From the sequence record PQ382034.1: 64,000 nt of DNA; one strand, 5' to 3'. The notes under the pieces were generated by a model. It was not told where the DNA came from. It ran no database searches and was given only the letters and a program-made list of their open reading frames with translations. This document shows positions 8,676 through 16,387 of this stretch, piece by piece. The first letter of the stretch is position 1. The number at the start of each line of letters is the position of its first letter. Source of the DNA: Acinetobacter phage vB_AbaSI_3. The translations under genes and the position numbers were made by a program.

Positions 8676-10321
8676 TGCATACCATCAATGAATTTATTTG
8701 GACGATATTTTTCACCGGTTTCTAAATCAATTAAGAGCCATTTATCAGGATTTTTGGTTGTCAATGTAGCGCTGACTAATCCTGTGTCATACGCTACTGA
8801 ACCATCCTGAAGACGTCGTCCCATGTGACTAAGTGTTTTCGATAACAAATACATGCCATAGTAGTATGCACTTACAGCTTTAAGTGGATTGTTTTTGAAA
8901 TATCCCGCAAGCGCGATCCAAATAACAGCAACCCATAAATGATGATACTCATTAAATGGTTCTGCATCAACATTTGTCAAGCCTAATGGCTCAATATTCA
9001 CAATAGCTGAATCGCCATCAATCGATAATCCACCCCACATAGGATCCGCATTAAATTTATCATAACCAGTTAATGCATAAAATACTTTAGCTTCATCATA
9101 AATTCGTGGACCATAAATTTTTGTTTTGCCAAAGTATCCACGTGGATCAATCAAACGAACTTTGCCTTTATCATCTAACATCAAGTTACTAAAGTTCGGG
9201 TCGCCATGAATAATATAGTAATCTTTGTCAGAGGCTTCATACATTAAATGGGCGTATGCTTGTTCAAGCATAGTTTCTAAACGTCCAATTTTATGATGAT
9301 TCACATATTGAATATTGCCAAATGATTGTATTAGTCCTTTAATTTCATTACAACGAGCTAAAACTTTATCGACGACTTCATAACGATAGTCTTCAGCGAT
9401 TTGTTCACGCGATGTGAATTCATTCATTTTAGGGAACTTAAGTGTTTCAAGAATTTCTGTGAGCATTTCTGGTTTATATGCCTCAAACATTGGAACACCT
9501 TTAATTCGTTCCATTTTAAAAGACGTATATTCACCAAAATCACGTCGATCAATGATTTTTGGCACCGCATCACTTTCTACACTATCGTACCATGCAAGTT
9601 CTTCACGTTGAAGTTCTCGCCCCTTTTCATTCAATGCAGTTTTATACACAACATCATTTGCTATTGTAATTGAATTAAATTCTCGATTTAATTCACGGTG
9701 ACGATGTGCGTGTTGGAGTTTTGGTTTATCACCAAGATCAATAAGATTAATCAATTCTTCTTGATACATATTTTTTGCATCAAGCAATTCTACAAAATCA
9801 CGTCCTTTGAAGAATTCGTTCGCTTCATCTTTATCATCAAAGTTACTAATAAAGAAATCTTTAAATTGATAGATGCCGACAACATTACCACCTGTACCAC
9901 CAGTTTCAGTTAATGTTTTGCCATCAAAATTATATCGGCATTCATCACCAAATGTATAAACCGAATTGCTATTCCATGAGAATGCATCAAATTGTGGAAT
10001 GACATCACACCAATTGAATACTACATTATGCAGATTGATCAAATGAGAAATTCGAGAAATTGCATAAGCCGAGCCATAAGCTTCATCAACAGTTTCAACA
10101 ATTATGTCTAACTTGAAAACCTTTGCATACTCACGTACTTGTTCTGCAAATTTGCTATGTACAACCACAATAATTTCATCTGCACCTAATTTTTTGTAGA
10201 TGCCATGCAAATGATGTAGAATTGTATGCTGTTTGTAGTTCACCAAAACTTTAGGAATATGATGTGTGATAGGATACAAACGAGTAGCTAAGCCTGCACC
10301 TAAAATAACCGCTTTTTTCAT
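8660..10321 (-). CDS. bifunctional sugar-1-phosphate nucleotidyltransferase (N-terminal) / sugar kinase (C-terminal, APH/ChoK-like)
   Basis: The N-terminus MKKAVILGAGLATRLYPITHHIPKVL is the G-x-G-x-R-L NTP-transferase signature. The C-terminus HGDPNFSNLMLDDKGKVRLIDPRG is the HGD..N...D kinase catalytic loop of the APH/choline-kinase fold. Confidence 0.65.
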   Translation of the reverse strand: MKKAVILGAGLATRLYPITHHIPKVLVNYKQHTILHHLHGIYKKLGADEIIVVVHSKFAEQVREYAKVFKLDIIVETVDEAYGSAYAISRISHLINLHNVVFNWCDVIPQFDAFSWNSNSVYTFGDECRYNFDGKTLTETGGTGGNVVGIYQFKDFFISNFDDKDEANEFFKGRDFVELLDAKNMYQEELINLIDLGDKPKLQHAHRHRELNREFNSITIANDVVYKTALNEKGRELQREELAWYDSVESDAVPKIIDRRDFGEYTSFKMERIKGVPMFEAYKPEMLTEILETLKFPKMNEFTSREQIAEDYRYEVVDKVLARCNEIKGLIQSFGNIQYVNHHKIGRLETMLEQAYAHLMYEASDKDYYIIHGDPNFSNLMLDDKGKVRLIDPRGYFGKTKIYGPRIYDEAKVFYALTGYDKFNADPMWGGLSIDGDSAIVNIEPLGLTNVDAEPFNEYHHLWVAVIWIALAGYFKNNPLKAVSAYYYGMYLLSKTLSHMGRRLQDGSVAYDTGLVSATLTTKNPDKWLLIDLETGEKYRPNKFIDGMHWEKL

Positions 10322-10337
10322 AATTAAAAATCCTAAA

Positions 10338-10371
10338 AGAGTTGTGATACAACTTATAATATCACAACTCT
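10338..10371. terminator. 11-bp perfect inverted repeat hairpin (agagttgtgat...atcacaactct)
   Basis: Intergenic, between the SIS gene and the NTase/kinase gene. Confidence 0.35.
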
Positions 10372-10388
10372 CAATTAAAGTACAATGC

Positions 10389-11018
10389 TTATTTAGATTC
10401 TGCTCTGAGCATAGCTCCTAATGAGCCACCAGGATGGTAAGAATAAAAGTCTTCGCGGGTGAATTGTAAATAATCTGAAAGTGTTACGCCGATAGTGTCA
10501 AGTAGTGTTAATAGAACCGTGGTGCTGGTAGTTGGTGCCAATTGATTGACATCACACTCTACAATATTCGGTACACCGAATTCCATATCAAATGGTGCTT
10601 TTTGCTCTTCAGTTAATTGGCTATTGCAGTGCAACAAGATTTGAAGAACATTAGGACGAATAGTCTTCAAATGACGTGCCATATATTGCATTTCTTCTGT
10701 TTTACCAGAACGCGAAACATGGATAACTACGTCATCATGTCCGATAAATCCTGCATCGCCATGAGAATAATGACATGTATTTAAGTACATAGACGGGATG
10801 CCAAGGCTCGCAAATGATTCTGATGCTTTAGTGGCCAAGTTTGAGTTTTTGCCGACGCCAGTAATCATAATACGTTGTCGATAATTTGATGCTGCCACAG
10901 GCTTCAAAATTTCAAGTAACTTTTCATATTTCACTTGATTTTCTGCAATAAAATCGCCTAGTATTTTAAGCGCCTGTTGTTGAGCCGCTACTACATCTAA
11001 TGCTAATTTGATACTCAT
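10389..11018 (-). CDS. SIS-domain phosphosugar isomerase (KdsD/GutQ-like arabinose-5-phosphate isomerase)
   Basis: RIMITGVGKNSNLATKASESFASLGIPSMYLN...HGDAGFIGHDDVVIHVSRSGKTEEM closely parallels the KdsD SIS core (VVTGMGKSGHIGKK...GTP..F.HP.EAAHGDLG...DVVIAISNSGES.E). Confidence 0.65.
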   Translation of the reverse strand: MSIKLALDVVAAQQQALKILGDFIAENQVKYEKLLEILKPVAASNYRQRIMITGVGKNSNLATKASESFASLGIPSMYLNTCHYSHGDAGFIGHDDVVIHVSRSGKTEEMQYMARHLKTIRPNVLQILLHCNSQLTEEQKAPFDMEFGVPNIVECDVNQLAPTTSTTVLLTLLDTIGVTLSDYLQFTREDFYSYHPGGSLGAMLRAESK

Positions 11019-11044
11019 AATGTTTACCTCTAAATTATGGAACT

Positions 11045-11053
11045 ATTATATCA
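11045..11053 (-). promoter_or_regulatory. early promoter, extended -10 (TGATATAAT)
   Basis: The reverse complement of attatatca lies 27 nt upstream of the SIS gene start. Confidence 0.4.
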
Positions 11054-11377
11054 TCAATCTTTCAAAATTGATCTGCTTATAGAAAAGTGAATTTTGGCAG
11101 GTTCATAATGGCGCCCTTGTTCAAATTCTCTAGTGAAACGAATTGAGAGTTGTGTTTTATTCATTCGAACAAAATTTGTATCGATGTACTCAAACAACTC
11201 TTTTATTGCACTTGCACTTTTTTCGCCGTTGAAGTATACATGAGTCCACATCTCATTATCAGGCGAGCTGATAATTCGATCTTTAAGAATGTGCTCAGCT
11301 TCAGTTACAATAGCTTCAGCTTCTGCATGGTTGATGAAACGTGGAGTCTCGCTCAATAATTTTTTAAAGTTAATCAT
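11054..11377 (-). CDS. hypothetical protein (107 aa)
   Basis: ORF track entry. Confidence 0.45.
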   Translation of the reverse strand: MINFKKLLSETPRFINHAEAEAIVTEAEHILKDRIISSPDNEMWTHVYFNGEKSASAIKELFEYIDTNFVRMNKTQLSIRFTREFEQGRHYEPAKIHFSISRSILKD

Positions 11378-11829
11378 TAGTACAAGTTCTCCGAATAAAG
11401 AGTTCCGCCTTTAGATGTGTCACCACCTACACGACAAACAATTTGCTGTTGCTCTGCCGCAATTTTCCAAGCTTCTTGGCGATCAACAAATCGATGTTTA
11501 TTTGTTAAGAAGCCTTGTACTTCTGTTTCACGGTATAGGATTGTTTCACCGCTATTGTGTCCAACAAATGACGAATACATCACATCACATGCGTGGCGAA
11601 CACCTGCAATTACAACTTTGTTTCCATTGTGATCTGTGTACTGGTTTGCAGCACAAACAATACGTTCAGGTACAATATGTGTTCGGCCTTCAGGTAATTT
11701 GTTAATATCATATTTAGGCAAATCAGTCAATTCTTCACATTTCTGTTGCCATGCCATGTTTGCATGTGCCAAATGATTAACTTCAAATTCATGTACCTGT
11801 TTTAATTTTGAAACTTCTGCTTCAGACAT
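11377..11829 (-). CDS. hypothetical protein (150 aa)
   Basis: ORF track entry; ATGA overlap with the downstream gene. Confidence 0.5.
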   Translation of the reverse strand: MSEAEVSKLKQVHEFEVNHLAHANMAWQQKCEELTDLPKYDINKLPEGRTHIVPERIVCAANQYTDHNGNKVVIAGVRHACDVMYSSFVGHNSGETILYRETEVQGFLTNKHRFVDRQEAWKIAAEQQQIVCRVGGDTSKGGTLYSENLY

Positions 11830-11830
11830 T

Positions 11831-12184
11831 TTATTTGACTCCCATGCATGTATCTAATAATGTACGATAGTGTTTTGAATTAAGATAGCCAAACCGGAAA
11901 ACAGTCTCATCGATTGCCATTTGGCGACAAATCTGAACTGCGATAACTTCTGGTGAAATTTGTGGTTTGTTTCGTAGTTGTTCCATTACAGGACGCTCAC
12001 GTTCTACTGCATCATCAATATGTGTCTGAAGCATCTTGCGATGATTTTGCATATCTTCTTCTAAATCAATTCGACGTTGTTGATCAGCTAAACATCGTTT
12101 GTCCCATCCTTTGCACATTTGTATATCTTCAGCAAAAGATAAACTTGGAATAGCTAATGCTAGTGCAATCAATACAAATTTCAT
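11831..12184 (-). CDS. secreted hypothetical protein (signal peptide MKFVLIALALAIPSLSFA)
   Basis: Classic signal peptide with an AxA cleavage site. Confidence 0.5.
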   Translation of the reverse strand: MKFVLIALALAIPSLSFAEDIQMCKGWDKRCLADQQRRIDLEEDMQNHRKMLQTHIDDAVERERPVMEQLRNKPQISPEVIAVQICRQMAIDETVFRFGYLNSKHYRTLLDTCMGVK

Positions 12185-12477
12185 TACATTGCTCCTAATA
12201 AGCTTGCTATAATTGCAAGGTCACCGACACCTGCTATAGCAACAATTAGTAATAAGACTAATGCAAATGCGATAGATTTTAAAGTATTCATCACACCGAT
12301 CGATATTGCAGCTATGATAAATGCAATGAATGTTGTTACGCCCATTGTAACGAAGCCAAGTAAGTTTAGAATAACTACAAGGACTGTAATCGCAGTAGAA
12401 CTCTTATAGAATACTACCATTGCAATAGGAAATATTGACAAAAATAACGCTACGATACTTCCAACTAAGAGACTCAT
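12184..12477 (-). CDS. small integral membrane protein (Imm-like position near gene 43)
   Basis: Almost entirely hydrophobic, with 2-3 predicted TM helices. In T4 the imm gene lies between 42 and 43. Confidence 0.4.
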   Translation of the reverse strand: MSLLVGSIVALFLSIFPIAMVVFYKSSTAITVLVVILNLLGFVTMGVTTFIAFIIAAISIGVMNTLKSIAFALVLLLIVAIAGVGDLAIIASLLGAM

Positions 12478-12785
12478 GAGGCGTCTCCTTTAAGTAAAAT
12501 TAACTCGGTTGTAGTATAGTTAAGTTGATCAATAGCGATACAAGTATCTTCCCATTGTTTAACAACATCCTGAACTTCAGCAATGACTTCGTAGTCAGTT
12601 CCTGGATAGTTGTCCCAATCTTCTGCACGTCGGATCGGTTCATCACTAAATGCGGTAATAGTTCCATCTTTGTCGACTGCTACATGAGCAGCCCATTCTG
12701 GTAAGTATACTGTTACAGGACCAGTTTTTTCAGAACCTGAGATTAGTGTAACATTTAACGCATGTGGATAGTAAGTAATTTTCAT
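12474..12785 (-). CDS. hypothetical protein (103 aa)
   Basis: ORF track entry. Confidence 0.45.
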   Translation of the reverse strand: MKITYYPHALNVTLISGSEKTGPVTVYLPEWAAHVAVDKDGTITAFSDEPIRRAEDWDNYPGTDYEVIAEVQDVVKQWEDTCIAIDQLNYTTTELILLKGDAS

Positions 12786-12836
12786 GACGATTTCCTCATT
12801 AGGAATAATTATTTGATAGAGCTATTATAATACCAC

Positions 12837-12870
12837 AAAAGGCAAAAGTAAATAAAAACTTTTGCCTTTT
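12837..12870. terminator. hairpin aaaaggcaaaag...cttttgcctttt
   Basis: An 11-bp stem flanked by A/T runs on both strands, in an intergenic position. Confidence 0.35.
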
Positions 12871-12875
12871 GATAA

Positions 12876-13175
12876 TTAACCGAAACGCCTTGTAAGATGT
12901 TCAACCATATTGTCTGCAATAGATGCAGCTGATGAAGAAACTCCATCGCATCCACGAAGGACACCGCTATTTGGCAGATATGCCAATGCACAAGCCTTCC
13001 AGAATTCACGCTTCTCTAATTCTGTGATTGCGGGAATAGGTGTACTAAAAAGCTGGTATTCGCGAGCTTCATCTACCGATACAGTAGTTTTACATTTAGT
13101 ACAACGAACTTTAGGTGGACTACTTAGCAATACTGCGTCGAAATTAAATTCATGATTGCATAATAAACTGTTCAT
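12876..13175 (-). CDS. hypothetical protein (99 aa; CxxC...CxxC pairs)
   Basis: ORF track entry; cysteine pairs (CNHE...RCTKCKT) suggest a zinc ribbon. Confidence 0.45.
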   Translation of the reverse strand: MNSLLCNHEFNFDAVLLSSPPKVRCTKCKTTVSVDEAREYQLFSTPIPAITELEKREFWKACALAYLPNSGVLRGCDGVSSSAASIADNMVEHLTRRFG

Positions 13176-13208
13176 AACTTACCTCTAGAGGGCATAGAGC
13201 CCTCGGTT

Positions 13209-14381
13209 TTAAAAGTCAAATAAATCTTCTAATGAAGAACGTTTTTCTGCTTGCATACCTGCAGATTCACACATACCTTCCAAAGGTTTCTTATATGTTT
13301 TTGTAAACAATGACATAACGTCAACATGTTTTAAAACATCTTCACGAATTTCTTTAGGAAGTTCGTTGCCTGATGGCCATGCAATAACTTTGTCGCCAAA
13401 TGGATTTCCAGGTTTCAAAGGCAAGATCATAACTTTATCACCTTCACTAATATCCGGTAAGTTATCGAATGCCTTAATTGCACGTCGATACGTCAAAACA
13501 CCACGAATATGACTAGGACATTTCAATCCAGGGAAGCCATTATCATCATATTTTGCAATGTTATTTGCAGTTCTTACACCTGCAATAACTTTGTAATCAA
13601 GATTTCTAAATTCATTTTCAAATTTCTTGAAATAGTCTTGAAGTGGCTTTTCACCTTCTTGAAGCATGATTCGAATACTTTCTAATAATGCATCTTTAAC
13701 CGCTTTAGGTGTAGATGATTGTTGAGTTTCCATGCCCATGATTTTCAAGTATGGCTCTTTAAAACGAGTACCTTCCATGTCATACACATTTAATGCATAA
13801 CGTTTCTTAGCTCGCCAGAATCCGCCGATGCCGTTAGAACCAAGTGGTGGGCATGCAATAGCTTCACGATCCATGAACATTAATTGCTCATAGTTGTTAA
13901 GATATTCGCACAGTTCTTGGAAGCCTGCATTAATAACCGGTTCGATTTTCTTTGAACCTACTGCATCCAAGAAGTCAACTAATTTTTCAGTTGATGCAAA
14001 TTTTTCAATGCCAACTTTATCAATGAGTGGACTCAATTCAATATACAATGAATCTGTATCACCATAAATTACATACGGATGATTAGTTGTTCCACACATT
14101 TCATTAAGGTATGCATTAATTTTTCGTTCTGTCCATTGAAGGACCAATTGTCCGAAAATAGTAATCGCTTCTGCATTACGAAGATCGTAAAATCTAAAGT
14201 AGATATTGCCGAGTGCCCCATATAATGAGTTAATGAGCAACTTCCGATTAATTTGATTCGTATCACACAAAACAATATAATTTTCACATTCATGCTCAAG
14301 TTCAAGCAATTCTTCTTGTGAAAGTGTTTTGAGATATTCGATTTCGGATTCAGTTAAGTCACGACTAAAATCTAATTTCAT
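13209..14381 (-). CDS. 43B: DNA polymerase, C-terminal (palm/thumb) segment, gp43B
   Basis: It aligns with T4 gp43 residues ~520-898 (LINSLYGALGNIYFRFYDLRNAEAITIFGQ, YGDTDS, KKRYALNVYDMEG, IMGMETQQSSTPKA, GNPFGDKVIAWPSG). Confidence 0.9.
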   Translation of the reverse strand: MKLDFSRDLTESEIEYLKTLSQEELLELEHECENYIVLCDTNQINRKLLINSLYGALGNIYFRFYDLRNAEAITIFGQLVLQWTERKINAYLNEMCGTTNHPYVIYGDTDSLYIELSPLIDKVGIEKFASTEKLVDFLDAVGSKKIEPVINAGFQELCEYLNNYEQLMFMDREAIACPPLGSNGIGGFWRAKKRYALNVYDMEGTRFKEPYLKIMGMETQQSSTPKAVKDALLESIRIMLQEGEKPLQDYFKKFENEFRNLDYKVIAGVRTANNIAKYDDNGFPGLKCPSHIRGVLTYRRAIKAFDNLPDISEGDKVMILPLKPGNPFGDKVIAWPSGNELPKEIREDVLKHVDVMSLFTKTYKKPLEGMCESAGMQAEKRSSLEDLFDF

Positions 14382-14402
14382 ATAAACTCCAAATTGATGG
14401 GA

Positions 14403-14567
14403 TTATTCTATAACATCATAATCAACTGACACTATAGCTTTAATTGTTAGTTCCTTTGAACAGGATTCGCAATTGACTTTGAATTCTTCATCAGCATGTC
14501 TCCAATGCTCAAAGTAATCAGACGTGTCAAGTTCAGAATTGCAGTGTGGGCAGTATATTTCAAACAT
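14403..14567 (-). CDS. small zinc-ribbon protein (54 aa: CPHC...CESC)
   Basis: Hand-translated: MFEIYCPHCNSELDTSDYFEHWRHADEEFKVNCESCSKELTIKAIVSVDYDVIE. It lies immediately upstream of 43B and is below the ORF-track cutoff. Confidence 0.45.
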   Translation of the reverse strand: MFEIYCPHCNSELDTSDYFEHWRHADEEFKVNCESCSKELTIKAIVSVDYDVIE

Positions 14568-14677
14568 TTCTGTGCCTCAAAAGGGATATGACAATTATAT
14601 CATATCCCTTATCAAAAGCTTAACTATAATTCAGATTGTATAATGTAATACGAATCACTTTAGGCGTACGTTTATAT

Positions 14678-14896
14678 TCAAAACATCGCATTGATAACTT
14701 CGGTGCCGGCAATTACAGGATTTTTAAACATGATACAACCTGTAACAAATCCGGCTAAAAACAACACCGGAATACAGATTAATAGGGCTACAAAAACTCG
14801 ATACCACAAGCTAACGTATTCACCAATTGATTCACAATTTTCATTTGCTACTTTAATTTGTTCGAAGATATTCATAGGCCTAACTCCCACAGGCAT
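14678..14896 (-). CDS. small membrane protein (72 aa) in the gp43 intervening segment
   Basis: Hydrophobic stretch YRVFVALLICIPVLFLAGFVTGCIMF. Confidence 0.4.
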   Translation of the reverse strand: MPVGVRPMNIFEQIKVANENCESIGEYVSLWYRVFVALLICIPVLFLAGFVTGCIMFKNPVIAGTEVINAMF

Positions 14897-15189
14897 TGGT
14901 TTAATAACTGATTGATTGAACGTTCGTTATGTATAGATTCATTAAGAAGCTGAGCTATAACACGATAATCTGTTTCACTATTGCATCGAGCGTTAAGAAT
15001 TGTTTGTGCATTTGTGCGACACATATCAAACGTTTTGAAGAAACTGTCATAACGAGGCAAACGAATTGCATTTAACACATTAGGTTTCCAAACAACATTG
15101 AACTTGCCATTGACTTCATCAATAAAGAACAACATAGTTTCAATAGATTGAGTATATGTGTACTCTTCGGCCGATGTATAAACTCTCAT
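14872..15189 (-). CDS. hypothetical protein (105 aa) in the gp43 intervening segment
   Basis: ORF track entry; no nuclease motif seen. Confidence 0.45.
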   Translation of the reverse strand: MRVYTSAEEYTYTQSIETMLFFIDEVNGKFNVVWKPNVLNAIRLPRYDSFFKTFDMCRTNAQTILNARCNSETDYRVIAQLLNESIHNERSINQLLNQCLWELGL

Positions 15190-15530
15190 CGACTTACCTC
15201 CATATCAAAATCTACAAATTTAGCTCTACATTCCTGATAGACACTATGCATTAAATCTAACACTCCATAATTGAATTGAGAATTTTCTGATTTCCCAAGC
15301 AGAGCTCGGGAGCGTGCCGCTATTTCTGAATTTATAAATTCTAGAACTTCTTTACCTTGTGGATATCGTAGCATCTTAGGCACGAATTGTGCGTCAATAG
15401 TAATATTACATCTGCCTCTTAACACAGTAGCTATAAATGGATAATATTCTATCCAATGCTCGCCTGTCGAGCTTGATATTACTCTATTTTGTCCATACAT
15501 AATAACCTCGTAATATATCAAATTAATCAA
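15186..15530 (-). CDS. hypothetical protein (114 aa) in the gp43 intervening segment
   Basis: ORF track entry; overlaps the upstream gene at its stop/start. Confidence 0.45.
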   Translation of the reverse strand: MINLIYYEVIMYGQNRVISSSTGEHWIEYYPFIATVLRGRCNITIDAQFVPKMLRYPQGKEVLEFINSEIAARSRALLGKSENSQFNYGVLDLMHSVYQECRAKFVDFDMEVSR

Positions 15531-15557
15531 ATCATCTAATTTCGGCGCTGTGCGCCG

Positions 15558-15648
15558 GCTGCGCAGCAGCTATTCTGTACCGAACGGCAGATATAATTAG
15601 AGCGGTGAACCGGTAGAACCATTATACCATCAAAATTTTGTAAAGCAC
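15558..15648. repeat. copy A of a dispersed inverted-repeat element (GC hairpin gctgcgcagc + attctgta + 60-bp core)
   Basis: 15589-15648 matches the reverse complement of 46994-47054 at 59 of 60 positions. The gctgcgcag / attctgta motifs further left also match 47191-47226. It is followed by the palindrome aaagcactcgtgtgcttt. Confidence 0.7.
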
Positions 15649-15695
15649 TCGTGTGCTTTATGAATATAGATCATTTTATGAACACTCAAACCAAA

Positions 15696-15923
15696 TCATA
15701 ACAATTCTTGGATTCTTCTAGATTTATACTGCATAAGTTCGGTACGTGTCATTCCTGAAGTGTCCTGTTCACACTGCGTGTTAACTGTTTTAATCATAAT
15801 GAGGGTATTATGATTTATATTATCTATAGGAAGTTGTCGCCGGTGTGTGTCTGGCGTAACTATTCTGCATGGATATTGCTTTGCGATATCTCTAATACTT
15901 TCATAATATTGCTTAAGTGGCAT
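15696..15923 (-). CDS. hypothetical protein (75 aa) in the gp43 intervening segment
   Basis: ORF track entry; an extended -10 box lies 26 nt upstream. Confidence 0.45.
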   Translation of the reverse strand: MPLKQYYESIRDIAKQYPCRIVTPDTHRRQLPIDNINHNTLIMIKTVNTQCEQDTSGMTRTELMQYKSRRIQELL

Positions 15924-15948
15924 ATCAAATCTCCATAGATTTTAGAAT

Positions 15949-15958
15949 AATTATATCA
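15949..15958 (-). promoter_or_regulatory. early promoter, extended -10 (TGATATAAT)
   Basis: Reverse complement of aattatatca. Confidence 0.4.
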
Positions 15959-15995
15959 TAATCAAAAAGCAAAGTAAATATTTTAGACAAAAATA

Positions 15996-16017
15996 AAGGA
16001 CCCATTTGGGTCCTTTA
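15996..16017. terminator. hairpin aaaggaccc-attt-gggtccttt
   Basis: A perfect 9-bp stem, intergenic within the gp43 insert. Confidence 0.45.
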
Positions 16018-16029
16018 GATAAAATGAAA

Positions 16030-16320
16030 TTATACAACGCTATACATTGTAACCGCAATAGGTAGAATTTCATTTGTCAATGTATTAAGACTGCCTCCAG
16101 TGATAGGAGTACCTTGGAAACGATGAACGATACGTTCAATTTCAACAACTTTTCGTTTATTAGTTTCTCGATCACGTGGATCAATTACCAATTTGATATT
16201 ATCATCTTTAAATTCCAGTGCAAGGATCCCAAGAGTAATTTTTGCATCTAACGAACGTGTAGAACGAGTATCAATTACTGGAGCTGCTGTGTTAAATTGT
16301 AATTTAGATTGCTGGATCAT
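16030..16320 (-). CDS. hypothetical protein (97 aa; start MIQQSKLQ) in the gp43 intervening segment
   Basis: The track ORF 16030..16386 begins at a TTG that would span the promoter. The internal ATG at 16320 lies 35 nt downstream of a TGATATAAT box. Confidence 0.45.
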   Translation of the reverse strand: MIQQSKLQFNTAAPVIDTRSTRSLDAKITLGILALEFKDDNIKLVIDPRDRETNKRKVVEIERIVHRFQGTPITGGSLNTLTNEILPIAVTMYSVV

Positions 16321-16354
16321 AATATCTCTACGTACTTTGTAAGTTGATAGGATT

Positions 16355-16363
16355 ATTATATCA
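16355..16363 (-). promoter_or_regulatory. early promoter, extended -10 (TGATATAAT), immediately after the 43A stop
   Basis: Reverse complement of attatatca at 16355-16363. Confidence 0.4.
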
Positions 16364-16387
16364 ATAACCCTATCACATGTAAACAAA

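Noticed and set aside
16321-16386. TTG-initiated N-terminal extension of ORF 16030..16386
   Set aside because: The extension would span an extended -10 promoter box (16355-16363) and starts 1 nt after the 43A stop in another frame. The internal ATG at 16320 with proper promoter spacing is preferred.
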